A stretch of 64,000 nucleotides of DNA from Vampirovibrionaceae bacterium NZW_1234 (GCA_041697335.1 JBGUGD010000009.1:8029-72028); one strand, 5' to 3'; shown: positions 28,503 to 39,313, numbered from the stretch's first letter. Notes: generated by a model from the sequence alone, not told the origin. Program-made: numbers and translations.

Positions 28503-30877
28503 AATGGCCCCAAGTGCTGGCACACTTGGAAAGTTGCTGTCAAACCGGTTATGGACGCTCAGCCATTTCCCAAGAGGGGTTGTTCCTGCCGGAAGTGAAC
28601 GCGGTAACCCGGGAAATGAATCGGGTCGATGAAGCGAAGCGCTTGCTCATGGCTCAAGGCGACATTTCCTTGTCCGAACCTCCCGATGTGTTGCCATTGA
28701 TACGGAGGCTGATGAAGCAAGGACAGGCCCAGTCATCCTCAGAGTTAGGGGCCTTGTTGATGACCCTCACGACATTGCGCCAACTGGTTCGCTTCTTTAT
28801 CCAAAACCGTTCTCGGGAAGTGACACCTACCCTGTTGTCTGAACTGGAAGAGATAACGCTCCCCAATGCGGTCATTGAGCGTTTGGAGACGGTGGTCAAT
28901 GCCCAGGGTGAACTGTTGGATTCTGCCAGCCCTGAATACGCACGCCTAAAGCATCGCATTCAGGAGACCAGGTCCGGGATCCGCAGCTATCTGCAACAGC
29001 TGATTCACCGGCATTCTTTTGCCAAGTATCTTCAGGAAGCCATTGTCACCGAACGCGAGGGCCGTTCGGTTTTACCGGTCAAGGTGGAGCATAAGCCCGA
29101 TGTCCCCGGGATTGTCCATGGGGCATCCTCGACCGGGGTGACTTTGTATATTGAACCCAAAGGGGTCATCGAACAGAATAATCGTTTGATTGCGCTTCGG
29201 GGCGACATGGAACGCGAGATTCGCCGTATTCTGGAGCAGACATCGCTTTGGCTCCAAGAGGAGGCCCAAGCCCTGGAGCGCTTTATTGAGCAGGCAGGTG
29301 CCTTGGATTTGCTGTTAGCCAAGGCGCGTCAGAGCCTGTTGTTGAAAGCCAATCCGCTTCAAGTCTTGGATACGCCCGGTGTCATCGAGCTGAAACAGGC
29401 CAAACATCCTTTGCTGATGCTGCAAACCGAGAGTGTCATCGCCAATGACATTATTATGAGACCGCCGCATCAGATCATGCTGATTACCGGGCCCAACACG
29501 GGGGGTAAAACCGTATTACTCAAACTTCTGGGCCTTTTTTCCTTGATGCTTCGGGCCGGTCTACACGTACCGGTGGCTGAAGGCTCCGCAATGGCCTTAT
29601 TTGACCCGGTGATGGCAGATATTGGGGACCCCCAGAGCATTACCCAAAGTCTGTCCACATTTTCGGGGCATATTGCTCGTCTACGTTCGTTTCTGGAGCC
29701 ACCGGATCTGTCCCGGGCCCTGATCCTTGTCGATGAGATCTGTGCCGGTACGGACCCGCAGGAGGGTTCTGCCTTGGCCCAGGCGCTTTTGGAGACGTTT
29801 TACGAACGCGGTGCCACGGCCATTGTGACAACCCACATTGGCGAACTCAAGGTGGCCGCTCACCAGCACGAAGGGTACTTGAACGCGAGTGTCGAGTTTG
29901 ATGCCGAATCTCTGAGACCCACCTATCGTTTGCTGTTGGGTGTGCCGGGCAGCAGTAATGCCTTATACATTGCCGAGCGTCTGGGGCTTCCTCCCGATCT
30001 GATTAGCCTGGCCCGGTCTCGACTGACCAAGCCGGTGTCCGAGTCGGCCAATTTGATTGAATCGCTGGAACTGAAAAATCGCCAGCTCAGCCAGGAACTG
30101 GCCGAAGCCACCCGCTTGCGGCAAGAGCTGCAATGGGAGGAAGAGCAGGTCCGTAACACGCTAAATCGAATCGAAGGCGAGAAGAAAAAGACCCTGCAAC
30201 TGTATCGGGAAGGCTTGAAAGATAAACTCCGGGGCATTGAGCAGGATGTGGATGCGTTGAAAGACGAGGTCCGTCGTCCGAAGCGATTGGATCGAAAATC
30301 GGTGCAGCAGCTCAGTGGCAAATTCCGCCATGCCCAGCGTCAAACAGGGGAGCTGTTTGGAGAAGAGGCCCGCAAGCTGTACCCCAACCCGGGCATTGAT
30401 TGGGATAGTCTCAAAGTGGGAGATACCGTGTCCTCGCATTCTCTGAACCTCACAGGAACCATTGTGGAAAAGAACGAGGCCAAGAAGGAATTGACCTTGC
30501 AATCGGGTATTTTAAAAACCACCGTGCCCTTTAGCGATATCATTCAACAAGTCAAACAGCCCTCCAATACCAAGAAGTCAAAACATCGTTCGTCGGAGAA
30601 GGGTAGTGGTCGGGTTCATTTGCAGCCTCGCCAGGGACTGCCACTGGAATGCGATGTCCGCGGCATGACGAGTGAGGACGCTCTGGGGATTCTCGACAAA
30701 TTCCTCGATGATGCCTTGGTGACCGGGGTTTCCACCATTAATATTATTCATGGCATGGGGACCGGGGTCTTGAAAAAAGCGGTTCGCCAGTACTTGAAAG
30801 AAATTCCTTTTGTTAAAGCCTTTGGCCCCGCCCCGGCCATGGAAGGCGGCGACGGAAAAACCATTGTTGAACTCTAG
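28478..30877 (+). CDS. mutS2: Endonuclease MutS2
   Basis: ITGPNTGGKT, DIGD.QSI.QSLSTFSGH, DE..AGTDP and a C-terminal Smr domain (IIHG.GTG.L). Confidence 0.96.
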   Translation: MQSVFDILEWPQVLAHLESCCQTGYGRSAISQEGLFLPEVNAVTREMNRVDEAKRLLMAQGDISLSEPPDVLPLIRRLMKQGQAQSSSELGALLMTLTTLRQLVRFFIQNRSREVTPTLLSELEEITLPNAVIERLETVVNAQGELLDSASPEYARLKHRIQETRSGIRSYLQQLIHRHSFAKYLQEAIVTEREGRSVLPVKVEHKPDVPGIVHGASSTGVTLYIEPKGVIEQNNRLIALRGDMEREIRRILEQTSLWLQEEAQALERFIEQAGALDLLLAKARQSLLLKANPLQVLDTPGVIELKQAKHPLLMLQTESVIANDIIMRPPHQIMLITGPNTGGKTVLLKLLGLFSLMLRAGLHVPVAEGSAMALFDPVMADIGDPQSITQSLSTFSGHIARLRSFLEPPDLSRALILVDEICAGTDPQEGSALAQALLETFYERGATAIVTTHIGELKVAAHQHEGYLNASVEFDAESLRPTYRLLLGVPGSSNALYIAERLGLPPDLISLARSRLTKPVSESANLIESLELKNRQLSQELAEATRLRQELQWEEEQVRNTLNRIEGEKKKTLQLYREGLKDKLRGIEQDVDALKDEVRRPKRLDRKSVQQLSGKFRHAQRQTGELFGEEARKLYPNPGIDWDSLKVGDTVSSHSLNLTGTIVEKNEAKKELTLQSGILKTTVPFSDIIQQVKQPSNTKKSKHRSSEKGSGRVHLQPRQGLPLECDVRGMTSEDALGILDKFLDDALVTGVSTINIIHGMGTGVLKKAVRQYLKEIPFVKAFGPAPAMEGGDGKTIVEL

Positions 30878-30947
30878 CTCAGATCGGATGTCTCCGTACG
30901 CGCAATTTGCGCGTACGGCGAAGACTGTATCCAGGCATGAATCAGGG

Positions 30948-31697
30948 CTACCACTGCCCGTTTTGGGTCTCGGCAATTTTCTGAAGTTCTTTTTCAACTT
31001 CCTGATAGCGATCCGAGTATTTGCCGCGTGAGGTTGTGGTAACCGGAATAAAATACATCCCCGACAAATTGCCGTTACCATCATAAATGTACTGTGGAAT
31101 CATGGTGGTCGTTTCCTCATCTTTCGGAAACTGATTGACCAGTTCCTGAAGCAAGGTTTTGATGGCAGGATCAAGGGCCGTGTCGTTCTGAAGTGTGGTC
31201 ACAGCGTTTTTAGAGGCGGCAACCACGGCATCGGAATCCCTCAGCCCGGCAATTGTCCATAGAATTTTCTCCGCAGGGTGGCCCGGCAATTTCGCCACTT
31301 CTTCAATGACAAAGGCCCGAATCTTTTCATTTTGATGCCGATGATAGGTATTCAAATACTCGAACGAACGCTGAGGGTTGTTCTCAGAAACGACTTGGGA
31401 GTAGGTCTGGGTGAAGCGGTTAAATTCCTGGGTGGAGCGGGGCGTAAGCCCGCCATTCACGCCAATCAGGACGCCCGTCGCCACGACCAGGGGGAGCCAT
31501 AGATTCTGGCGCAGGGTTTGTCCAATCTTTTGGAGGCCTCCAAAGCGGAGTCCCGAAACGTGAGGTTCAGACCCGACAGCTTGCGGCCGACGTATAAAAA
31601 CGTCTTTGGCTTTCGTTTGATTGGGCAGAACGCTTGGTTGATGTATTACACTCGACTTGGTTGAAAAAAAATGCTTTGTCTCGACAACCTGTATCAT
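30948..31697 (-). CDS. Hypothetical membrane-anchored protein with HEAT-like helices
   Basis: Low-complexity leader ending LRFGG, one TM segment (LWLPLVVATGVLIGV), then a helical domain. Confidence 0.65.
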   Translation of the reverse strand: MIQVVETKHFFSTKSSVIHQPSVLPNQTKAKDVFIRRPQAVGSEPHVSGLRFGGLQKIGQTLRQNLWLPLVVATGVLIGVNGGLTPRSTQEFNRFTQTYSQVVSENNPQRSFEYLNTYHRHQNEKIRAFVIEEVAKLPGHPAEKILWTIAGLRDSDAVVAASKNAVTTLQNDTALDPAIKTLLQELVNQFPKDEETTTMIPQYIYDGNGNLSGMYFIPVTTTSRGKYSDRYQEVEKELQKIAETQNGQW

Positions 31698-31786
31698 ATA
31701 CCCATCATCTCCCACGGTCCTATCAACCTTGAGCCATGGTAGCGAGGTTTTAGAATGCCGTCAATGACCTTGCAAGTGAACGCAGC

Positions 31787-32698
31787 CTATTCAGCGACTT
31801 CCCGAGCGGTTCGCGAACGGCCGTCATTCGGGTTTATCTTAAAGGTCAGAAGCCCTTCGGCATTCTGCGCCCCGCGGACATAAGTGCAGGCATCAATGCA
31901 TTCGCCGCAGTTGAAGCAGCCTTCGCCGACGCCTACCAGCAAGTTTTCCGGTAGCCTCGGGTCAATCTCGACGGGACATGCGGTTTTGCACGCTTGGCAG
32001 CTTTTACAGGCACTCAGATTTTCCCCAAACTTATACCGAATCTCCATGGGCACCCATTTGGCTGACAGATAGGCGGACAGGGATTGCGCCAGGCCATAGG
32101 GGCAGGCGCTTCGGCAAAATTCGTGCCCGGCATACAGCATAAAAAAGCCAATCAGCATCATCAACCCCTGCCCCATCCAGATGACGGGCTCCAGGGTACC
32201 TTGAATCAGGTTTTGGTACCACCAGGAAATGGGAACAAAATAAAACAGAAACAGGGTGCTGATCATATACGTAATGGCCGCACCCCAGAGAAGGCTAAAG
32301 GCCACATTCACTGCTTTAAGCCACGGGTATTTTGTTTCCCATTGCTTCAAATAAAAGGGCTTGGGTTTAAGACCAATGAGCACCCGGACGGGGTGGGTCC
32401 ATTCGGTCAGAGTATTATGGGGACAAACCCAGCCACAGAACAGACGTCCAAACAGGGTGGACATAAAGGCAATAATCAGGACACAGCTAAAAAAGCCCAG
32501 GGGCAGCCAAAGCAGGGTCTGTGGGTTTAACGGGTATGATTGACCCAGGGCGATGAGTTTTTGGGAAATCACGTCCATCCGGAAAATATCGAACACCGGA
32601 CTCAAAAGCATCAGGGCCCAGAAAAGAGGCTGTACAACCAAACCGCGGAAGGTGTGAAAGGGATATTTGACCGGGTTGCGAGGAAAGACGAAAGTCAT
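31787..32698 (-). CDS. Membrane 4Fe-4S protein (CcoG/FixG/NapH-like)
   Basis: GRLFCGWVCP, FCRSACPYG, CxxCxxCxxxCP and CFNCGECIDAC motifs; several TM segments. Confidence 0.88.
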   Translation of the reverse strand: MTFVFPRNPVKYPFHTFRGLVVQPLFWALMLLSPVFDIFRMDVISQKLIALGQSYPLNPQTLLWLPLGFFSCVLIIAFMSTLFGRLFCGWVCPHNTLTEWTHPVRVLIGLKPKPFYLKQWETKYPWLKAVNVAFSLLWGAAITYMISTLFLFYFVPISWWYQNLIQGTLEPVIWMGQGLMMLIGFFMLYAGHEFCRSACPYGLAQSLSAYLSAKWVPMEIRYKFGENLSACKSCQACKTACPVEIDPRLPENLLVGVGEGCFNCGECIDACTYVRGAQNAEGLLTFKINPNDGRSRTAREVAE

Positions 32699-32799
32699 AA
32701 GCGAACTCGCCAAAAGCAAGGTGTGGAAACAACAATCCCTATACTGTCGCGTAAAAGACACAACCTGACTATGGTTTGTCTCATATTTGGGAATCGTCC

Positions 32800-33405
32800 T
32801 CAGGACGGGACCGGGCCCAGACAGAGTTGTGTAATGAGTGCCGTCAATTCCTCCTGGCAGTTCTCCAGGACATCATTCATCACCACATAATCAAACTGGG
32901 ATTTTTGAGCCAATTCGCTCCGGGCGGTTTCCAACCGGCGCTGGATGTCAGCTTCGTCGTTGGTGTTTCGATTTCTGAGGCGGGCTTCCAAGGCTTCCAG
33001 GGAAGGGGGTTCAATGAAAATTAGATGAGCTTGTGGGAACAGCCGCTTGATGTTGAGGGCCCCCTGGACTTCGATTTCGAGCAGAATGGAGTTCCCTTGT
33101 GCCAACGTGTTTTCAAAAAACGCTTTTGGCGTACCGTAATAATTCCCGGCGAATTCAGCCCATTCAATGAGAGCGTTATCTGCTATCATTTGTTCAAAAT
33201 CGGTTCGGCTGACGAAGAAATAGTCCACTCCGTCCTCTTCGCCAGGTCGTTGAGCCCGAGTCGTTGCTGAAACAGATTCCTTGAGCCAGGGCATCTGTTT
33301 GGACAGAAACACTCGAAGCGAGCCTTTTCCAACGCCCGAAGGGCCGGTCAAAACAAGGAGACTTCCACTGGGGTTTGGGGAGTTATCACCAAGGGACTGT
33401 TGCAT
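32800..33405 (-). CDS. gmk: Guanylate kinase
   Basis: GPSGVGKG, SATTR..RPGE.DGVDYFF, YYGT and EIEVQGA. Confidence 0.97.
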   Translation of the reverse strand: MQQSLGDNSPNPSGSLLVLTGPSGVGKGSLRVFLSKQMPWLKESVSATTRAQRPGEEDGVDYFFVSRTDFEQMIADNALIEWAEFAGNYYGTPKAFFENTLAQGNSILLEIEVQGALNIKRLFPQAHLIFIEPPSLEALEARLRNRNTNDEADIQRRLETARSELAQKSQFDYVVMNDVLENCQEELTALITQLCLGPVPS

Positions 33406-33528
33406 CGGGAATTACCCTATATAATGGAGAAACAGCGTCGGATGAGGTTCTGGTCAAGACACTTCGGAGGACACCCATCCTGGTCTTTTAATCGTATCAG
33501 CAAAATAGACTGGTCGTAAAACATCTCC

Positions 33529-35100
33529 ATGACATCATCGTCGGATCATACACAAATTCAGCTATCGCTCGGTCAGGGCCGCATATTTGTGGTCGATGAC
33601 GAGCCGATGGTGACGACCAGTATTTGCACCATGCTGTCACTGGAGGCGGACTACGATGTTGAAGGGTTCAACTCGCCCTTAAGTGCTCTGGAGGCTGTCA
33701 AAAAAGGCCCTGCTCCCGATATTGTCATCTCGGACTTTTTGATGCCTGAGATGGACGGCATCAGTTTTCTGCAAGAGGTTCGAAAGCTTTGCCCGCAATC
33801 CACCTTGATCCTCCTGACCGGCTATGCCGACAAGGAAAATGCCATTCAAGCCATCAACGAGGTTGGGATTTATCGCTACATCGAAAAGCCTTGGGATAAC
33901 GAGACATTAACCCTGGCAATTCGCAACGGGATTGAGCGAACACGCCTGTTGGTCCGACTGAACGAAAAAATCAGCGATCTGGAAAAAGCCCAGCACGATC
34001 TGCGCGAGTATAGCGAACATCTGGAAGAGCGGGTGACCGAGAAGACCCATGACCTGATGCTGGCGTTGGACAAGCTCAGAGCCGTGGTGGAAAACACTGG
34101 GGATGCCATTGTGACCTTGGATTGCGATGGTCACATTGTGGGCGTGAACCCGACCTTTGCCCGATGGACCCGGCGCTCGCCCGAATTTTTAGAGACCCGC
34201 TCCATTGCGGAATATCTGACCTTTCAGAACGGAACCACGCTGGCGGCATTGATAGCCTCCGGCGAGCAGTCGCAGTTGTTTGAAGGCAAGCTGGGAACGG
34301 TCTCTGTGGAGGTTAACTTATCGTTGCTGCCCGGAAATGAAGGTGTGGTCCTGATTTGCCGGGACATGACCAAACGAAAAGAGGCTGAACGGCTTCGGGA
34401 GGATTTTGTGTCCACCTTGACCCATGATTTGCGCACCCCGCTTCTGGCCGCCATTCAGACCATCGACTTTTTCCTGGACGGAACCTTGGGCGATACCTCG
34501 GAGCGGCAAAAGGACATGCTGACCATGATGAAGCAAAACAACCAGCAAATGCTGGAACTGGTCAATGTCTTGCTCGAAGTGTATCGCTATGAAGCCAGGC
34601 AGCAGAAGTTGCTCATGGGTGAATTCAGCTTGAATGAACTGATTGAAGGGGTTGTTTCCGAATTGCAACCCTTGGCCTTGAAAAAAGAACAACAGTTATC
34701 TTTTAATCCCGATTGGGAGCTTCCTACGGTGTTTGGGGATAAGCAAGCCATTCGCCGTGTCCTGGTGAATCTGACTGCCAATGCCATCAATTACACACCG
34801 GCACAAGGCCATATCCGTATCCATACCTCCCAGAATGAAGGTCGGGTTGTGGTCTCGGTAGAAGATAATGGTCGAGGCATTCCACCGAAGGACCTGGCGC
34901 AATTATTTGAACGCTTTGCCCAAGGGACCAGTCGGCATCGAACCACCGGAACGGGGTTGGGGCTTTATCTCAGCCGCCAGATCATGGAGGCCCATGGGGG
35001 GCGAATTTGGGCTCAAAGTGATGTGGGCAAAGGCAGTATTTTTTCGTTTGAACTGGGCAAGGCGGCCGAGGCCAAGCCCCAGCCGCTGGTATCAGAGTAA
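33529..35100 (+). CDS. Hybrid sensor kinase (REC-PAS-HisKA-HATPase)
   Basis: VVDDE, SDFLMP, KPW; H-box THDLRTPL; NLTANAINY; DNGRG; GTGLGL. Confidence 0.95.
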   Translation: MTSSSDHTQIQLSLGQGRIFVVDDEPMVTTSICTMLSLEADYDVEGFNSPLSALEAVKKGPAPDIVISDFLMPEMDGISFLQEVRKLCPQSTLILLTGYADKENAIQAINEVGIYRYIEKPWDNETLTLAIRNGIERTRLLVRLNEKISDLEKAQHDLREYSEHLEERVTEKTHDLMLALDKLRAVVENTGDAIVTLDCDGHIVGVNPTFARWTRRSPEFLETRSIAEYLTFQNGTTLAALIASGEQSQLFEGKLGTVSVEVNLSLLPGNEGVVLICRDMTKRKEAERLREDFVSTLTHDLRTPLLAAIQTIDFFLDGTLGDTSERQKDMLTMMKQNNQQMLELVNVLLEVYRYEARQQKLLMGEFSLNELIEGVVSELQPLALKKEQQLSFNPDWELPTVFGDKQAIRRVLVNLTANAINYTPAQGHIRIHTSQNEGRVVVSVEDNGRGIPPKDLAQLFERFAQGTSRHRTTGTGLGLYLSRQIMEAHGGRIWAQSDVGKGSIFSFELGKAAEAKPQPLVSE

Positions 35101-35105
35101 TTCGT

Positions 35106-35333
35106 TTACGGCAGGGATGTCCCCGAACTGATTGGGCCGGCCCAAGGTCCTTGGCTGGTTGTTCCTGGAGTTTGGACCGACGTTGGTGGTGTTGGAATGG
35201 TGGGGCCAAGAGAAGTGGGAGAAGACTTTGTCTTGTCTCTGGGGTCTTGACTGTAGGGAGTGCCGCAATAGGGTTTTGGGGGATTAGGGGTGCCGCAGAT
35301 GCGGTTGGACGCGCCAACATTTCCAAATGCCAT
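35106..35333 (-). CDS. Small Pro/Thr/Ser-rich protein (75 aa)
   Basis: GGAGGA RBS, repeated CGTP, near match to the orphan-gene upstream motif. Confidence 0.55.
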   Translation of the reverse strand: MAFGNVGASNRICGTPNPPKPYCGTPYSQDPRDKTKSSPTSLGPTIPTPPTSVQTPGTTSQGPWAGPISSGTSLP

Positions 35334-35622
35334 ATGTTATGTCCTCCAATGATGCCTTACGTACGATGGCTTGAATACATCAAGCTATGAGTAAAAAAAC
35401 ATGATTTTTTCAGTTGATGCTAGGATTAAGCAAGTCTTAATGTTAGACCTTCAATGGCTGGAAACATTGAAATAGGCTGGTATACTCGTGTTTGTACCAG
35501 TGTCCCAATGGGAGTGTCTGCGGGTGTCAACACGACTTGGCCGATGTCACGTATAATGAAGAATGAATTGTGATTTTCTAAGTTCTGTAGTCTAAGTCCT
35601 GTCGATTAATGAGAGCGTATCC

Positions 35623-36294
35623 ATGGCGATAACCTTGTTTCTGGTCGAAGACCACCAAATGACACTGGTGGGTCTTAAAATGTTATTGGAAAAGGACGCT
35701 GATATTCAGGTAGTGGGTGAGGCCAGTGATGGGTTGACCGCTACAAAGTTGATTCCAGAGAAAATGCCGGATGTGGTGTTAATGGATATTGGCTTGCCGG
35801 AAATGGATGGTATTGAAGCCACCCAGTTATTAAAAGAATCCCATCCCCAGATGAAAATTATTATGCTAACCTCCAAAGACAGCGAAGAAGATGTCATGGC
35901 GGCCCTGGCGGCGGGAGCAGATGCCTACTGCATGAAAGGGATTCCACCGGAAACGCTGTCAACCGCAATTCGAGCCGTGAATGAAGGCACGGCCTGGTTG
36001 GATCCGGGTATTGCACGCATTGTTCTTGGCAAATTCAAAGGGGTCCAGATGGGTAGCGACGCTGTTCAGCCGCCCGTAAGCCCGCCGGCAGATTCGCCCC
36101 TGACCGAAAGGGAGATGGAAGTGTTGGCCCTGATTGTGGAAGGCTTGTCCAACCCGCAGATTGCCGAGCGTTTATTTATCACCAAAGCAACAGCGAAAGC
36201 TCACGTCCATAGTATTCTTCAAAAACTGTGTGTGGATGATCGGACACAGGCTGCTGTATTGGCAATGCGCCAAGGATATGTACAACGATTCTGA
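35623..36294 (+). CDS. NarL/LuxR family response regulator
   Basis: VEDH, MDIGLP, and LTEREMEVL...GLSNPQIAERL HTH. Confidence 0.95.
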   Translation: MAITLFLVEDHQMTLVGLKMLLEKDADIQVVGEASDGLTATKLIPEKMPDVVLMDIGLPEMDGIEATQLLKESHPQMKIIMLTSKDSEEDVMAALAAGADAYCMKGIPPETLSTAIRAVNEGTAWLDPGIARIVLGKFKGVQMGSDAVQPPVSPPADSPLTEREMEVLALIVEGLSNPQIAERLFITKATAKAHVHSILQKLCVDDRTQAAVLAMRQGYVQRF

Positions 36295-36502
36295 TTTGAC
36301 ATGTGTTTGGACAGGTAGTGCAAAGAAAGTGCCATTCCCTTGTTGTGATTTCAAAAGGTCTTATTGCTCTCTACAGATACCCTTGGGTCGGTGCTTTGGG
36401 AATTGCATCCAGAAAATACGGTCGTTAAAGGTTGAAAAATGGCTCTATTGGAGTCATGATGATTGGACCACCTGTTAAGAGAGTAAGTAGGTAATTGCTG
36501 CC

Positions 36503-37645
36503 ATGAGTCAGACATACGCGCTTACCGGTAACCAAATTGTCGCAAGAGCGGCTCTGGATGCTGGTTGTACGTTTTATGCCGGTTATCCCATTTCCCCCTC
36601 CTCGGAGATTGCGGCCGAAATGGCCCGGGAATTGCCCAAGATTGGTGGCGCGTTTATTCAAATGGAAGATGAAATTGCCAGTATGGCAGCGATTGTGGGT
36701 GGAGCCCTAACCGGCAAAAAGTGCATGACGGCCACCAGTGGTCCCGGATTTTCTTTGAAACAGGAAAATTTAGGCTTTGCCTGTATGACGGAAGTTCCCT
36801 GTGTGGTGGTCAACGTCATGCGCAGTGGTCCTTCTACGGGGATGCCGACGTTTCCGGCCCAAGGCGACTTTATGCAGACACGATGGGGGACCCACGGGGA
36901 TCACCCCATTATTGTTTTGGCACCGTGTTTTCACGATGAGCTTTATTCTGAAACCATCAGAGCCTTTAACCTTTCCGAAAAGTATCGCCAGCCGGTCGTG
37001 CTGCTTTCCGATGAAGTGTTGGCACAGATGAGTGCCCGGATTGATATTCCGGATCGCAGTGAGCTGACCATTGTGGATCGGGCAAAACCGGATACAGCCA
37101 ATAAAAAAGGCTACAAGCCCTATGATAATAGTCAGCTGGTGCCCCCCTTGGCTAGCTTTTTCGAAGGCTATCATTTTCACGTTACCGGCTTAACCCACGA
37201 CGAATTCGGTTTTCCGACGGAAAATACCAAGCTGGCCCAGACCATGCTGGATCGTCTGAATCGTAAGATTAGCGAGAATGTGGATGATATCTGCAAGTGG
37301 GTGGAGATTGACACGGCAGATGCCGATATTTTGTTGGTCTCTGTGGGCTCTTCCGGTCGCTCAGCCCAGCAGGCCATGCAGGAAGCGCGTCAAAAGCACG
37401 GTTTAAAAGTGGGATTGTTTCGACCTCTGACGGTTTGGCCTTTCCCGGAGAAAGGGCTGCGCGCAGCTGCCCAAGGGAAATCCCGTGTTATTGTGGCGGA
37501 GATGAACGAGGGCCAGATTGCACTGGAAGTGGAACGGGTTTTGCATCGCCCGGTGGAGACAGCGTTGCGGTATAACGGCGAAATGATTACACCGGATGAT
37601 ATTCTCAAACAGTTGTTGAAAGAACGAGAAACGGTCGGGGTCTAG
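36503..37645 (+). CDS. 2-oxoacid:ferredoxin oxidoreductase alpha subunit
   Basis: YAGYPISPSSEI, QMEDEI, TATSGPG and RSGPSTG. Confidence 0.95.
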   Translation: MSQTYALTGNQIVARAALDAGCTFYAGYPISPSSEIAAEMARELPKIGGAFIQMEDEIASMAAIVGGALTGKKCMTATSGPGFSLKQENLGFACMTEVPCVVVNVMRSGPSTGMPTFPAQGDFMQTRWGTHGDHPIIVLAPCFHDELYSETIRAFNLSEKYRQPVVLLSDEVLAQMSARIDIPDRSELTIVDRAKPDTANKKGYKPYDNSQLVPPLASFFEGYHFHVTGLTHDEFGFPTENTKLAQTMLDRLNRKISENVDDICKWVEIDTADADILLVSVGSSGRSAQQAMQEARQKHGLKVGLFRPLTVWPFPEKGLRAAAQGKSRVIVAEMNEGQIALEVERVLHRPVETALRYNGEMITPDDILKQLLKERETVGV

Positions 37646-37650
37646 AGACG

Positions 37651-38490
37651 ATGAGTAGCAAATTAGCTGAAGTAGATTATAACGAATACCTTCGGGTCGA
37701 TCGCCTCCCCACCACGTGGTGCGCCGGTTGTGGCGATGGGGCTATTATGAAAGCCCTAATACGGGCGATGGATGAGTTGAAGATCGATCGGGACAACACG
37801 GCCATTATTTCCGGTATTGGCTGCTCTGGCCGTTTTTCCGGCTATCTGGATTTTAACACCTTGCATGTCACCCACGGGCGAACCCTGGCGTTTGCAACCG
37901 GAATGAAAATGGCAAGCCCCAAATCCAAAATTATTGTCATCTCCGGTGATGGCGATTCGTTGGCTATTGGCGGCAACCACTTTATTCATGCCTGCCGACG
38001 CAACATCGATTTGACTCTGATCATTATCAATAATTACACTTATGGCTTGACCGGTGGACAGGTTTCTCCCTCGACGCCCCTGGCCAGCTCGTCCCCAACT
38101 GCCCCCTATGGCAGTATCGAGCCTACGTTTGATACGTGTGAGCTGGCCATGGCTGCTGGCGCGTCTTTTGTTTCCCGTACCGTGGTGGCAAGTCCGCTCC
38201 ATATGGACAAGATGATGAAAGCGGCGTTATCACACAACGGATTTTCCGTGGTGGAGGTCATGTCTAATTGCCATATCAACTGGGGCCGCAAAAACGAGTA
38301 TGCCGCCGCGGCGGATTTGATCAAGCACTTGAAGGATCAGTCGACCTTCAGTAAAGAGGAAGCCATAAACGATGGCAAACATTTGCTGGGGATTCTGGCT
38401 CAACGCCCTGAGATGAAAGAATACAGCCAAACGTACTATGACTTGGTAGAACGGGCGAAGGCCAAGGCTGCTGCGAAAAAAGGAGCATAG
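37651..38490 (+). CDS. 2-oxoacid:ferredoxin oxidoreductase beta subunit
   Basis: WCAGCG, SGIGCS, HGR, GDGD...IGGNH TPP motif and YGLTGGQ.SP. Confidence 0.95.
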   Translation: MSSKLAEVDYNEYLRVDRLPTTWCAGCGDGAIMKALIRAMDELKIDRDNTAIISGIGCSGRFSGYLDFNTLHVTHGRTLAFATGMKMASPKSKIIVISGDGDSLAIGGNHFIHACRRNIDLTLIIINNYTYGLTGGQVSPSTPLASSSPTAPYGSIEPTFDTCELAMAAGASFVSRTVVASPLHMDKMMKAALSHNGFSVVEVMSNCHINWGRKNEYAAAADLIKHLKDQSTFSKEEAINDGKHLLGILAQRPEMKEYSQTYYDLVERAKAKAAAKKGA

Positions 38491-38493
38491 TTG

Positions 38494-39078
38494 ATGAGTA
38501 GTTTTGATCGCCTTGAAGCGCGTTTTTGTGGGGTCGGTGGTCAAGGGATTGTTTTGGGCACCACCATCCTTGCCGATGCGGCCATTTTTCATGAAGGCAA
38601 ATACGCCGTTCAGAGTCCCACTTACGGCTCCCAGGTCCGGGGCGGCCCAACCAAGGTCGATTTGATCGTGGATACGAAAGAGATTCTGTATCCCAAGGCG
38701 ACGAACATCAATTTCTTTCTGGCCATTGCCCAGGTGTCTTTCAATCGGTATTTTTACGATATTGCCGAAGACAGCACCATTCTGGTGGATGAAAACCTGG
38801 TGGTAAATATTCCGGACGAGTGGATTAAAGGCACCAAGCGAAAGCTCTTCACGGTCCCGGTGATGGAGATGGCCAAGCAGGAGTTTAACAATAATATGCT
38901 GGCCAATATGATTTGCCTGGGTATCACTCAGGAAGTAACGCAGGTGGTCACCATGGAGCATTTGCTGCAGTCTGTTAAAAAGCTGGTGCCTTCCAAGCAT
39001 TACGAGAAAAATGTCGCGGCCCTGGAGATGGGTATCGAGCTGGCCAAGAACCGCAAACGCGAAGAGTTGGCGGTTTAG
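38494..39078 (+). CDS. 2-oxoacid:ferredoxin oxidoreductase gamma subunit
   Basis: GVGGQG, YGSQVRGG and NMICLG. Confidence 0.93.
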   Translation: MSSFDRLEARFCGVGGQGIVLGTTILADAAIFHEGKYAVQSPTYGSQVRGGPTKVDLIVDTKEILYPKATNINFFLAIAQVSFNRYFYDIAEDSTILVDENLVVNIPDEWIKGTKRKLFTVPVMEMAKQEFNNNMLANMICLGITQEVTQVVTMEHLLQSVKKLVPSKHYEKNVAALEMGIELAKNRKREELAV

Positions 39079-39102
39079 CCCTTCACAGTGATTTTCTACC
39101 AG

Positions 39103-39134
39103 AAAAGCCCTCTGATTTTTTCAGAGGGCTTTTT
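39103..39134. terminator. Bidirectional intrinsic terminator
   Basis: AAAAGCCCTCTGA/TCAGAGGGCTTTT between convergent genes. Confidence 0.85.
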
Positions 39135-39313
39135 GGTTCGAGAAATAAAAGATGAGGGAGTGGGGATATTTTCAGCAAGTAATTATAGAGTCAATGAGGA
39201 AGCAAAAACAAACCAATTGACTTTTTTACGATCCATTCATGTGCCTGGAATCATAACGAGCCAGGTTTTTTAGCAAACCTGAGGTTATTATGGCGCATGG
39301 GGTTTCGTGTCGA

